Shown one piece after another: positions 36,771 to 45,789 of a DNA stretch of 64,000 nt (positions within the stretch are counted from its first letter, which is position 1; each line of letters begins with the position of its first letter). The notes under the pieces were generated by a model that was given only the letters and a program-made list of their open reading frames with translations, did not search any database and was not told the DNA's origin. This DNA comes from Lingula anatina. Its lineage: Eukaryota; Animalia; Brachiopoda. A program made the position numbers and the translations under genes. The stretch lies in contig CM120642.1 in the NCBI GenBank assembly GCA_051362555.1, forward strand, positions 7,564,001-7,628,000. Direction: 5' to 3'.

Positions 36771-39700
36771 AAAATTATATGGATAAATGTGGATATGGGA
36801 TAAATACATATTACTACTAGGAAAGCAATGAGATAACTACAGAACATGCTAAATGCACATGCAAACATGCAACAAATTAAAATGGATGTGGAGGTTTAAT
36901 AGCTGGAACAACCTTATAAATAGAATATGCATACCTGGAGTCTGGGAAGACCCAATTGGATTAGTGCCTTGTAAGGCACAAGGATGAGTAGGCAGAAACG
37001 TCGAAGAAACTAACGCATGTCATAGGGGAAGACCCATGAGAAATATGAAGGCCTTGTAAGGCGCAAATCGCCACTGTTGGGCTCTGTATTGCAGTATGAC
37101 ATTGTGACGGAGAAAATAAATGAGGGGGCCTTGGAAGGCGCCCACGTAATAAAGAGGATACGCAAATGAAATGATGTGAACAGCCTGGGAAGGCCAACGT
37201 AACGTGAGTGCACAAAATCTGAGCCTGGGAAGGCTAAAGTAGTATATATGTGTACCAGCCCTGAAGGGCACGAGTAAAGCCCACGGGGAAGTTTTAGCGT
37301 CTCTAATATGAAATAAGGGAATGTTTGAAATCCCATAAGAATGAGAACTGTATCCATGTAATGCATACTCGGAACGACATTCTTAATATGAGAAAATTGG
37401 CCAAAACTGAATGAGTGTATAATCATGAAAACGTGCCTCATAGCTGTGAACTTACGTGTCTGCTGGGGTGTAGGCCGAGAATAAAGTATTGCCCCTCGGA
37501 TGGCTCTCCAAAATTTGACCATGCCTCGAGAATTTAAGTGGACACCATCCCGAGAAAGTATGTCCTGCCAGGCATCTACCGCTCCAGGGCATCTCCAAAA
37601 TTGGGCATGCGGGTGGGTGGACAGTCTCTGCTGGAGTAGGCTATTGATGGCTGTAACCTGATCATTAAAATCTTCCTGGTAGAGCAGGGTGGGAATTCGA
37701 CCACCAGGAGACTGAGAGCGGCAAAACAACTGACCCCAAAAAATCTGAATATGAGGATTGTAATCGAGGATCATGTGGATGGCTCGAAGGACGGCAGAAA
37801 CGATGGATGCTGGTGAGGTAACTGCTGGGCTGACGTCATTTTCTCCCAGTTGACAAAAAACTACATCGAAGTTGGGCAGCCGAGGCCAAAAATTGGGGTC
37901 GTATAAAAAACTAGTGAGTGTTGCTCCCCCTGAGCAATAAAAATCAGTGGTGAGACCATCAATACTAAAATTGTTTGGTAGAGATGGCTCCTGTTGTAAG
38001 CGCTTTACAAAGCTGTGGCCCATGAGTAAGACCCGTCTCCTGTCGTAGTGCTCCATAGTACTGACGTTGTCACTTGTGATTCGTTCAGGAAATCGGAATA
38101 AAAATCTAACGATGAAATTTGATGTCTGTTCTTCCTGACAGCAATAGTGAGACTCACCTTTGGTCACGTGTTATGGAAACTAGCTACTGATTGGTTCCGC
38201 ATCGTCATAGTAGGTCAGAGGTCACGTACTGATAGTGTTATAATCGCGTATAAACGAAATACCCCGATGACTCCCGAAAGTAATTCTGTGTATTATAAAG
38301 TCGGTTATAGCTTTGCGATAACCTTGTATTTATCCTCCCAAAACATATCTAATCCACTATTACAAATGAAACTATTTGATAAAACTGTAAAACCAATTTT
38401 ACTATATGGTAGCGAGGTATGGGGTCAGGAAATTCTCAAAGAAAAATCACTAAGCCTAGATAAAATCAATAACACGTCCTTCGAGCAAATTCACCTAAAA
38501 ATGTGCAAATGGGTATTAGGAGTGAGAAAAACTGCCAGTAATAATGCCTGCAGAGCAGAATTGGGTAGATACCCAATCCTTACAGATATAATTAAATCCA
38601 TGCAAAAATACCACACCAGACTTAAAAATCTCCCGAATACAAGAATACTGAAACAAACATTTAGCGAAGAAAAACTCCTGAAAATAGATAATTGGACTAA
38701 AACAGAGGCGGCATTTAGACTGAATTGGGGAATTCAACATTGGGATGAAACATCAGACCTAGAAAAAGAAATTAATCTAAAAATCGAAGACCTTTTTTGG
38801 AAAGAATTGAACAAGGAGAACCACAATAAACTGCGTACATATCGAAAAATAAAAAACTCATACGATCTTGAAAATTACTTAAAAATGAACGCCACAAGCT
38901 CAGACAAAAAATACTTAGCCAAAATGAGAATTAGTGACCACGAGCTAGCGATAGAGAAAGGCAGGCACATGAAAATCACCCTGGAACAAAGAACCTGCAC
39001 AAGCTGTAAAACGGAAATAGAGGATGAGAAACATTTCTTCCTCACATGTAGTAAATACCAAATAGAGCGACAAAATATGCTCAGTTCCCTCCCAAACACT
39101 GTGAGACAAAATTATGAATTAGCAGGCAGTGATCAGAAACTATTCATCCTCCTCAACCCTCAAGATCAGAAATCACTAAAAGCATTATCACAGTATATAC
39201 AGTTAGCAACACGATGAAATATCACTTTCTCTCTTTTTATGTAAGTACAATATGGTAGATTCTGTAGTAGACTAGACAGCAAACAATGTTAAATTGTAAC
39301 ATTCAAAGCTGAATAAATTATTATTATTATTATTAAATATTAAAATATCATTGTTTTAAAAATTCACTTACTAACATTCAGCATCACAATTAAGTTTGGT
39401 ATATTTGGGGAAGTACTTCAAAGTTCTCTCTTTGCACTGTCCGTGTGGGGGAGGGAGATTCGACAGCTGCAAATATAATATAATATAATATAATATAATA
39501 TAATATAATATAATATAATATAATATAATATAATATAATATAATATAAAGATGTGAGGTGCGTTGCATCCGTTACTTCATGGACAGGCACATCTAGATGT
39601 CACCACAGGTTAGGTGAGTTATCAACCCTTGTGTTCAAAATTTATTGACGCATCGATTTTCATATTTAGAATACGGAATAAACAAAGTAATTAGTGTGAA

Positions 39701-40021
39701 CGACGACGACAATGTACGGCGCAATACTTAATCAAAGAATATTTTTAAAAGTCATACATTCTGTTTAATCAGCTAGATATGCATTATATCTTGGAGAAAA
39801 TGTAATGGTGTCTATAAATATTTATGTATAATTACGGACATACTCGTCTCTGTTTCATAGCTATGTGGACACTTTCTCCCGGTGACACTTGTAACCCTAG
39901 GCCCAACATATCGGGGAATTCGCCTCGCTCGTGCATCAGTACCTGGGAATTAGACAAAAGTTATACAAATTAGACATAAAATGTTTCAATGATAATGCTT
40001 GATTTTTTAAAATTCATTACC

Positions 40022-40052
<31 letters not shown>

Positions 40053-40108
40053 GATACAAGATAATATATCAGTCCAAAATGTGAAGAGAATTTTCATTAA
40101 AGGTTATA

Positions 40109-40157
<49 letters not shown>

Positions 40158-42014
40158 AAGTCTTTTTTATAAATTGGCCACAATAAATATAAAAATCATT
40201 ACGACTATTGTCTAGCAATTAAAATGTGATACTAATAAATACATTTAAAACATATTCTTATCTTCTGGTTATTTCTATATGAAACCTTTTGTTCACATGT
40301 ACTTCCAATTTTAATAACGCTTAAAAGCGTTAATATAAAATGTATAAGCTATTGTAGCATGGTTTACCGTGAAGCCGGATATTGTGGTGAAAGATGCATA
40401 ATCACTCTGTTGTGCAAAAAGATACAGCTTTAATCCAAACACGCTGCCTTCTGTTTCAACACTCTTCAATTCACCTTCTTAAAAAAAAAGAAGCAAGAAC
40501 AACAGCAAGAACAACTACAATGCACTACCTCAGAATCCAAATGCCCCAATAAATGCATTCAAAACAACACGCATTTGGTCTTGTTCATCATCTGTGCATA
40601 TTTAAACATACATGTAGCATAGTTTTATCAATCTATTTACTTTGAATCAGGAAACATAGAAAAAAACAAATAATGCTTTTCATGATAATCATTTTTCGAT
40701 GCCGGTTTTCCCCGCTTTATTGATGTTAAACATATCATAGTGCCCCAAAATGGACGCTCCCACCATTAATGTAATATGCTCTGAAACGTCGTAGTTTTAC
40801 GTTATCAGGGCTGGTTCTATTTTGAGGTGGCAGCATTAACCTTGCTTTACCTGCGTTAAATTGAATACAAGATCCCATCTCAGTTTCGATCATTGAAAAA
40901 TCGCCATCTGTACACATCACATTTTTGAAGTAGCAAAGCTGCAAGGAAAAATGTAATGCATTTTACGATGCTGTAATAGAATTTTATGGAATGTAAGGAT
41001 TAGAAGAAGCTTCGTGTCATTCGTGTTGAAAAGGCCCCAAAACCATCAGCAGCACTAAAACTGGTGTCGGTTTAGAACAATATATTGAAGAAAATTAAGA
41101 ACATTGAGTTTTAAATTTGTAGGGATTTAGTGAGAAGATACTGAAACAATTAACGCCAAATAGCCTGCAACAAGAAAGCGTATCACTTAATATATTTAAG
41201 AATAATGTTGACAAAACGACTACAGCCTATGACTCTTTTTCTAATGAAACAAAAATTTTTATCAATCTCAGTAATACTGAAATGATAATGTTATTAATGT
41301 CCTTTAAAAACTATTTTTATATGTCACATGTATGGAATACTTAAAACGTGCTGAAGATCAAGCCCTTGATAAACATTAAAAAGACTTTTCTGATATGCTG
41401 GGGTATTGTACAATTTTAGAATAATGTACACATGCATTTCTACTTACTGCCGGCATAAGATCCGCCATTTTGTATTGGTTTCTGGTGTGGAAATCTGTCC
41501 AGTTGTATTGCTCGATATTAGTAAAGTTTGGGTGATTGAAGACAATATCAAAGTAGTTTGCCTGTTCAAGATGTCCGTTCGCTTTGAGATACGGCAGCTT
41601 AAACATATTGTTGTTGCAGATGGTTACTGTGGGGAAGTGAATTGAGTCGTTGTGATGAAATTTTATATCCACCGACGCTGGGTTCTCGAGGAAATAGGAA
41701 ATGCGGTTCCAAAGATGGAAAATTAAGAAACCTGACCCACATAAAACGAACGCTAGCCAGATTAATCGCCTGACAGGTGAGAATTTAGGATTTGCCACCT
41801 GCTTCATTCCGAGAATGCTAACGTTATTGGCAAATTCAGATATCTCATCCTTTATATTTGGGATGGTTTCATCCTTATGCTGGTTTGGCTTACGCTTGGT
41901 AATGTTGGTGCCAGAATGGTGTGACTTGTCTCTTAAGTCGGCACGAAAATTGTTGTTCTGTTTTATAAATTCTGTTCCTTTTTCTTCAACAAAAAATGGA
42001 TATACGCCAGACAT
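30169..42014 (-). CDS. DEG/ENaC (ASIC-like) channel subunit, copy 2, about 480 aa
   Basis: Exons 42014-41448, 40938-40851, 40477-40368, 39942-39844, 39466-39372, 30652-30169. Internal exon sizes (88/110/99/95) and phases match copy 1. The last intron is expanded to 8.7 kb by nested insertions. Confidence 0.92.
31411..31607 (-). repeat. Split direct repeat B2 (3' terminus)
   Basis: Identical to 31993-32189 (offset 582). Contains ATTAAA on the minus strand at about 31444-31449, a candidate poly(A) signal. Confidence 0.95.
31622..31731 (-). other. Intron-like GT-AG segment filling most of the A2-B2 spacer
   Basis: Minus strand: CAAG|GTAAGC at the exact A2 boundary, then a roughly 60-nt polypyrimidine tract ending CCCTACAG. 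Confidence 0.6.
31732..31992 (-). repeat. Split direct repeat A2
   Basis: Matches 38073-38333 (offset 6341) except GG at 31814-31815 versus CA at 38155-38156. Confidence 0.95.
31993..32189 (-). repeat. Split direct repeat B1
   Basis: Abuts A2 at the junction GTATT-TAT-AATAC. Confidence 0.95.
32841..33743 (-). CDS. Tyrosine recombinase of the retrotransposon
   Basis: SAM-like N-terminus (SSIRTYMAAL) and catalytic motifs AFFGLLRVSE, HSFRIGGAT, GRWHSNAFLKYIR. Overlaps the RT/RH stop by 34 bp. Confidence 0.95.
   Translation of the reverse strand: MSHASHLNLRLRQTLQSALTLNTNRTYQQIERHLQEFSHLTGLCAFPADATVTALFTQHLAEKYRASSIRTYMAALSYKYKMDSLPDPTKSFIVQQTLKGLVRQMPSQDTRLPITVPILHILLQNLRYCLPDSYEILLYQAMFTTAFFGLLRVSEITTDATTNHTLKVENIDWDYSSSAFTLRFTSFKHSAPSSIHRVRLVAQPVICPVISLTNFLHIRPTVSNAPLFIHRDGSPVTRSQFTRTLDACLLQSGLNSARIRSHSFRIGGATLAAQRGLSDQQIRSLGRWHSNAFLKYIRMA
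33710..35527 (-). CDS. Reverse transcriptase-RNase H of the DIRS-order retrotransposon
   Basis: RT: KFRFIHHLS, KTDIENAFRIIPI, LPMGLSCS, HLLDDFL. RNase H: YTDAS, ITILE, HSDN, HIPGEHNTAADSLS. Overlaps the gag 3' end. The true start is uncertain. Confidence 0.95.
   Translation of the reverse strand: MRGSSVTPPPAAFPISAQGAEVHIPVSLAFAIDRNPPFALTTETPIPKGFGNNVSSSEGASPITRFIQENREHQSIDTIIVTPVDYIRLSHYLQDYDSSLSSFLISGFRDGFTIPFHGHLPLQSHQNLASAKDWPQQLQDKINSELQARRLSGPHLTSPYLHFTVSPVGIVPKASPGKFRFIHHLSHPAGFSVNDGIDERFSSVQYASVADAINLIQQAGRGSYLCKTDIENAFRIIPIHPDYRFLLGFQYQGILYFDRTLPMGLSCSCNIFETFSSALQWIATSLLGIPYMTHLLDDFLIISPSEDSCTHALQRFLLACSDMGIPISKEKTTTPATTVTFAGIELDTVLQEARLPQDKIQKCLSLINSYSQRKKITLKDMQSIVGLLNFCCYVIPAGRPYLRRLIDLTMGVSKAHHHIRLNKEVRADLNMWRTFLLSFNGRGFFHEEEWTNPNVLHLYTDASSTKGFGACFGNLWFYGHWPPEAATLHITILECYPIVAAFLLWQDHFRDKKVLIHSDNGALIFILNKCTTKDPILLKLLRKLILTCLQKNILHKAEHIPGEHNTAADSLSHFDFQTFRRSIPTALPQPEHLPRCLMPATLIFD
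35358..36665 (-). CDS. Gag-like protein with low-complexity N-terminus and C-terminal zinc fingers
   Basis: The likely start is ATG 36665, 3 nt after a strong acceptor TTTTCGATTTTCAG|GTCATG. DIRS-type gag core (KVKIWNREPI, WQCAFQIFSAIY, WRLYDEKFR) and CNRWNEGQQCDASTCRFSHQCSRCRGSHPSISC. Confidence 0.85.
   Translation of the reverse strand: MSQSHIPSLPPPGEGSSREPVQVVQSGRELVDPPTMHSAVAAPPALTDAATINTTPPARTASAVSYLPAMSHSVSSHLPSTTLSTAAVGGPSNLSATTFPNLPNFSGYLGNPPPTNTLTAPSVGYMGNPLPPGTFYSGYMGNPSHAAPSTYTQGLPPYGHMGVHPPSMPQSSMGHMSNPALHGFPPQPIPGHGMPAAYSFSAVTAPSGNVSTPLDQHVPRATKVKIWNREPISIKSLIPPTSNTLSRAEKQDEEHFVHRKQFDEDGQFSIVMAPASKKTDAISPNQWQCAFQIFSAIYLQQYPLQAVPLLQYANRIGEMQANRHANWRLYDEKFRATQTDPNFRWEDPNGVLLAELTYIARPPSQDMASTSHRGICNRWNEGQQCDASTCRFSHQCSRCRGSHPSISCFRNRQKSSFRPYNRNPYSKGLRQQRKF
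36940..37269. repeat. Array of 7 short hairpins with a conserved 4-nt loop in the SGNH-gag spacer
   Basis: GTCT-GGGA-AGAC 36940; GTGCCT-TGTA-AGGCAC 36964; GCCT-TGTA-AGGC 37051; GCCT-TGGA-AGGC 37128; GCCT-GGGA-AGGC 37183; AGCCT-GGGA-AGGCT 37222; GCCC-TGAA-GGGC 37258. Confidence 0.8.
37456..38056 (-). CDS. SGNH/GDSL hydrolase (esterase) domain encoded by the retrotransposon, 5' of gag; 3' end uncertain
   Basis: Block I LLMGHSF, block II SGGA, block III QLGEND, block V RDGVHLN. ATG at 38056. A GTAAGT donor at 37455 follows the domain. Unspliced, the frame runs on to 37010. Confidence 0.85.
38073..38333 (-). repeat. Split direct repeat A1 (5' terminus; probable promoter region)
   Basis: Contains a CCAAT box (GATTGG on + at about 38189-38194), an E-box (GTCACGTG at about 38163) and a consensus donor AAG|GTGAGT with the intron starting at 38157 on the minus strand. 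Confidence 0.9.
39474..39549. repeat. (ATAAT)n / (ATTAT)n microsatellite next to a splice acceptor of channel copy 2
   Basis: About 15 units. The same satellite lies at 48069-48121 (copy 3) and 21298-21326 (copy 1). Confidence 0.9.
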
Positions 42015-43805
42015 TTTCTTCTTGGTTGCAACCTACAAAGAGAAACCACGTAATTGCACGAAATGGATATTGAAATCTTACTCCTTTGTTTCGAATTTTT
42101 TAAACATGGTTTTTGACATTTCAATACATTGTTGTTTTACCTTTTCTTCCATCAGTCTCTTTTATGCCTAAGACAGTAATGTAATTTCTTTTTAATGAGC
42201 ATTTTTTGTGTATTTTACATTTATAATTGTTGATTGCAACTTAACCATCACATTACAATACGATGAATCATCACACAGATTTTCTGGATTTTCTGTAATA
42301 TTCTATCCGAATCTATCCATATATATTACCATCCTCTTACCTGAGTTTAAAAATGTTTTGTACTGTCGCGTTATATCTAAAATTAGTCACTTTTCCCCCA
42401 TAACTCTCCGTTATAATATATCAATCAAAGTATTGCAATTGCTTTATAAGGAAATGGTTTAATAATTGACCTAGATTTACAAGTGCTATTTATACAGATG
42501 ATCTCACTGTGATAGAATGATAACTTTTTAATACCTTTTTGTTGCTTTCTTATACTTTTACTTTTTTCTATTAAAATATTAGTCGTACCATTTGACATGT
42601 ACTTGCATTCTTTGACTTAGTGACATGTAATTTCATCAAACTTTAAATGAACAAAATAAACTAATATTTTGCATAGTTTTGCAGTAATTTTGTGTACCGT
42701 GTTCGTCAATAAAAATGAACCAGTACGACAGGTTGTCATTTGTGTGTAAAGTTGTATAAGAGTCACAATTCCAGTGCACTTTACGTTATTATAAAATAAA
42801 TTTGCATCATTCCGGATCCGAAGACATACGCATACACTTACCTAGCAACCTCGGACACTTCGACGATGAAGTTAAAATGAAATGAGATATCGCACTTAAG
42901 TTTTTACTCTATCGACCATATTAATGCATAGATCTCTGTTTACTTGGCTACTAATTGTGTGTTTAAACGGGAATGAATTGACCTAATCCAGCACTCCTAA
43001 AGAATGGGAATGGGGAGGGCGGAAATGAGGGAAGCATCCAGACGTCACGTCCGGAACAATTTATGTTCCAACCTGGACGGATATAGGCTCAAAATGATGA
43101 CATCGATTTAAGTGTCATTTCACAAAAAGTGACCCTGGCGTTCACATATTGTTCAATACTTTCATAATTCTGACTTGCCCCATTATTTTTGCTGTCTTTT
43201 GTATTATAACTAACAGTGTGGAAAGAAATCAACAGGAATTAAGAATTGATGTGAAACAGTTGCAGTCGCCAGGAAGACGGGGCTATCGGTACTAATTAGA
43301 TGACCAAGGCACATCGCTGCATATGCGCCCTTGCAGGTTTTCCTCGATATTGCCACACCTGGATTAGTGATTGTCGTGTTCTATGGGAAGGAAACTATTG
43401 ATATTTATATCTTGGTGCCGTTAAGCCTAGTTTATTTATAGTGTGTGAACATTAATTGCTCTACTCACGTTATTTAGTCGTCGCTGTAAGTAAACAAATT
43501 AATGGTCACTTTGAAGACAAGTCGATAGGACTAAATGGCGGTCATTTCTTAAAACAAATCCAGTGAATTTATTACATAATGGTGGTTAAATCCTAGCAGT
43601 AAATAATTATATACTCATTTCATTATAACATCGAGGAAGTAAGATATGCAATTTCCCAATACGTGTTAGGCCTAGAGGTTTGTTATTTTTTGTAGTTTTT
43701 TTTTCAAAAGCGGATAGTGCTTTTCATCCATCCGTGTTAGTTTACACTTATATTCTTTTTGCTACTTCTACCTTTGCTCTGACGCTGTTTTCCATATCAA
43801 ATAAA

Positions 43806-43979
43806 CAGGGGCAGATCCAGAGATACATGTATTTTCTGAAAGTGTTCCAAATTATCTTTGTTGATCCATTCTCCTTTTCTGACCGTCTTCCGACAGAAAA
43901 ATTTAGAAACCCGTCAATCTAAAATTGAAAACCTGGCCGTCTTCTGGAAGACCCAGAAGACGGCCTCAATCCGCCCCTG
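43806..43979. mobile_element. MITE-like element
   Basis: Terminal inverted repeats CAGGGGCAGAT / ATCCGCCCCTG, with ATAAA on both flanks. Internal 13-bp perfect stem GGCCGTCTTCTGG/CCAGAAGACGGCC. Confidence 0.65.
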
Positions 43980-45789
43980 ATAAATGCCTTTACATTTTTT
44001 TTATGCTGAGGTAGATTGAATGACTTAGAGAAGACGTCCCACAGAATTAAAACCTTCAACGTAAACTCAATTGAAAAATAGGTTATAAATGTACGATGTA
44101 TGCATATGCATGTATATAGTGCAAAATGTAGTCCCGCAAGGATGTTCTTTCACAGTTTCTCACCACCGAGTCTCAAAAACCATTCGCATTCTTATTTTTA
44201 AATGCATCACATCTATCAAGAAGAAGTCGTGTATTAAAGGGACTTTATATCCACGTTAGGGGTCCGCTGCATTACCCCACCCCCAGCAAATCCTCGAGGA
44301 AACTTTTATGTAATCCAATGAACTTCATAAATTCAATCGTCTCGATTTATTTTTACATAATGACTAATGGAAGGTGGCCTGCATAAGTAATGGGTTCCAC
44401 ATTTTGACTACGTTAATTACCGTTGAATTTTCGAGGGCATCTAGGGTGTGTGACGAATTCGAAGTTGTTGACTACATCTTTTGATACGCGAAGTAGCAAA
44501 TACAACTCAGCTATAATCTTTCTTATTATTTATTTAACTACATTCCAGTTGTTACCCGCGCCGCTTTCTTCATTTCTATTTGTACCTCATGCAATCTCTA
44601 GCGGCCTTCTCTCTCTGTTCACATAACGCGGAGTGGTATAAATATTATAAGAGCATGTCGATCAACTCAAGTTACTCTACAACACTCTCCGCTCCTCATT
44701 CATTCGTGGCTGTCAATTACTAACATTACAAGAAATCTCAATAAAGCGTAGGCTCAACGTACTTGACAAGCCGACCATCATCTTGTTTCTTACCATTTAA
44801 CAGTGCACCACATTTGCGACTGTCATCTTATTGACACAGAGAGAGGTCGATTTTGTAAATGTTTTACACATTATAATCGTCAATAAATCAATATAGTTTA
44901 AATGCTGGGTCGACAACTTAATGGTTTTACCTTTATACATGGTGTGCGGCAGTTATTATACTCAGCGTTAGCAGTAGAGAGAGGTACAAGAAATAAGGTA
45001 AAATAAACTGTTTTAAAAAAATTAAAAATTCTAAATTTGGAAGGTTACAGTTGTGTCTCAATCATTAGATAAGTGATGATTTTGGTGTAGATTCCTACAT
45101 GTAGGAAGAGATAGGTCCACAGCGCCGTGACGTGCTGTATTACACCGGGAATCATATGTTTACCCCCTTTTTTACAAAGGGCTTCTCCTGGATTTCAAAT
45201 ATTAAAATCAGTGTTTCCTTTTTTTTGAGAAAAAACATATCATACAGATTAGGTATAAAAAGGATTTTCAAAACTGATTGAATCAATACCTAGAGTACGT
45301 TGAAAAGACAACTGACGTCAGATTTTGTTAGGGCAAGATGGGAATATAATCAGTCATAAACTAATGTAGTAGACAGATAATTTCAGAGAGGAGGAAATAA
45401 TTGATTTACATTACATGAACAGCTTTGTTTGAAATTTGGTAAAGGCCTATATCACATGAAACGGTCTACCCCTTACAGCTGCCATGATTAAGTACAAGTT
45501 TTACGGACGACGAGAAGTTGAAACTTGATACAGATTCTGAATCGCTTGCATTTGTGGTGTTGTCGTTAGGGTCGGATTTAAAGTGTATTTTTAGCTAATT
45601 TACCCAGGACATTTTCTGAGTTGCTTTTGGCTCAATAGTTCGATCTAGGTCTTTTATTAAGCAGAGATTAAGGGTCCATGAATGCATATTGGTGGATAAA
45701 TGTTGCATTTTTACGACTTCTACCATAAAACTCACCGTGTTATGCTTTTTTGCAGAACCGGCGCAAACAGGGTTGCAAAGGTAATCAGA

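Larger units (their letters stand above)
31411..38333 (-). mobile_element. Full-length tyrosine-recombinase (DIRS-order) retrotransposon with Ngaro/PAT-type split direct repeats: A1-SGNH-gag-RT/RH-YR-B1-A2-B2
   Basis: A1 38073-38333 and A2 31732-31992 (261 bp, 2 mismatches). B1 31993-32189 and B2 31411-31607 (197 bp, identical by eye). Overlapping intact gag, RT-RNase H and YR ORFs. No DAM methylase domain seen after RNase H. Confidence 0.95.
31136..39332 (+). mobile_element. 5'-truncated LINE (RTE-X-like) interrupted by the YR retrotransposon; pieces 31136-31410 and 38334-39332
   Basis: Removing 31411-38333 restores one frame: ...YTYLGITF...AMFALKSTL|SSQNISNPLLQMKLFDKTVKPILLYGSEVWG...RAELGRYP...CTSCKTEIEDEKHFFLTC. 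It ends in AATAAA plus an (ATT)n tail. Candidate 9-bp TSD TTAAATATT at 31127-31135 and 39333-39341. The clade is inferred from the C-terminal motifs. Confidence 0.88.

Noticed and set aside
36666-36809. Poly-lysine N-terminus of Gag
   Set aside because: It comes from translating the A-tract. An acceptor and ATG at 36665 give a more plausible start.
36940-37269. Hairpin array as a CRISPR array or as histone 3' stem-loops
   Set aside because: The repeats are only 12-16 bp, vary in sequence and are irregularly spaced, with no cas genes in a eukaryotic context. The loops lack the U-Y-U-N pattern and flanks required of histone stem-loops.
37010-37455. C-terminal extension of the 385-aa SGNH ORF as a real domain
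   Set aside because: No recognisable motif. It follows a consensus donor and overlaps the hairpin array, so it is probably non-coding read-through, though not excluded.
38147-39217. 356-aa ORF as a gene
   Set aside because: It is chimeric. The first ~62 codons are antisense repeat A1 and the rest is the interrupted LINE ORF2.
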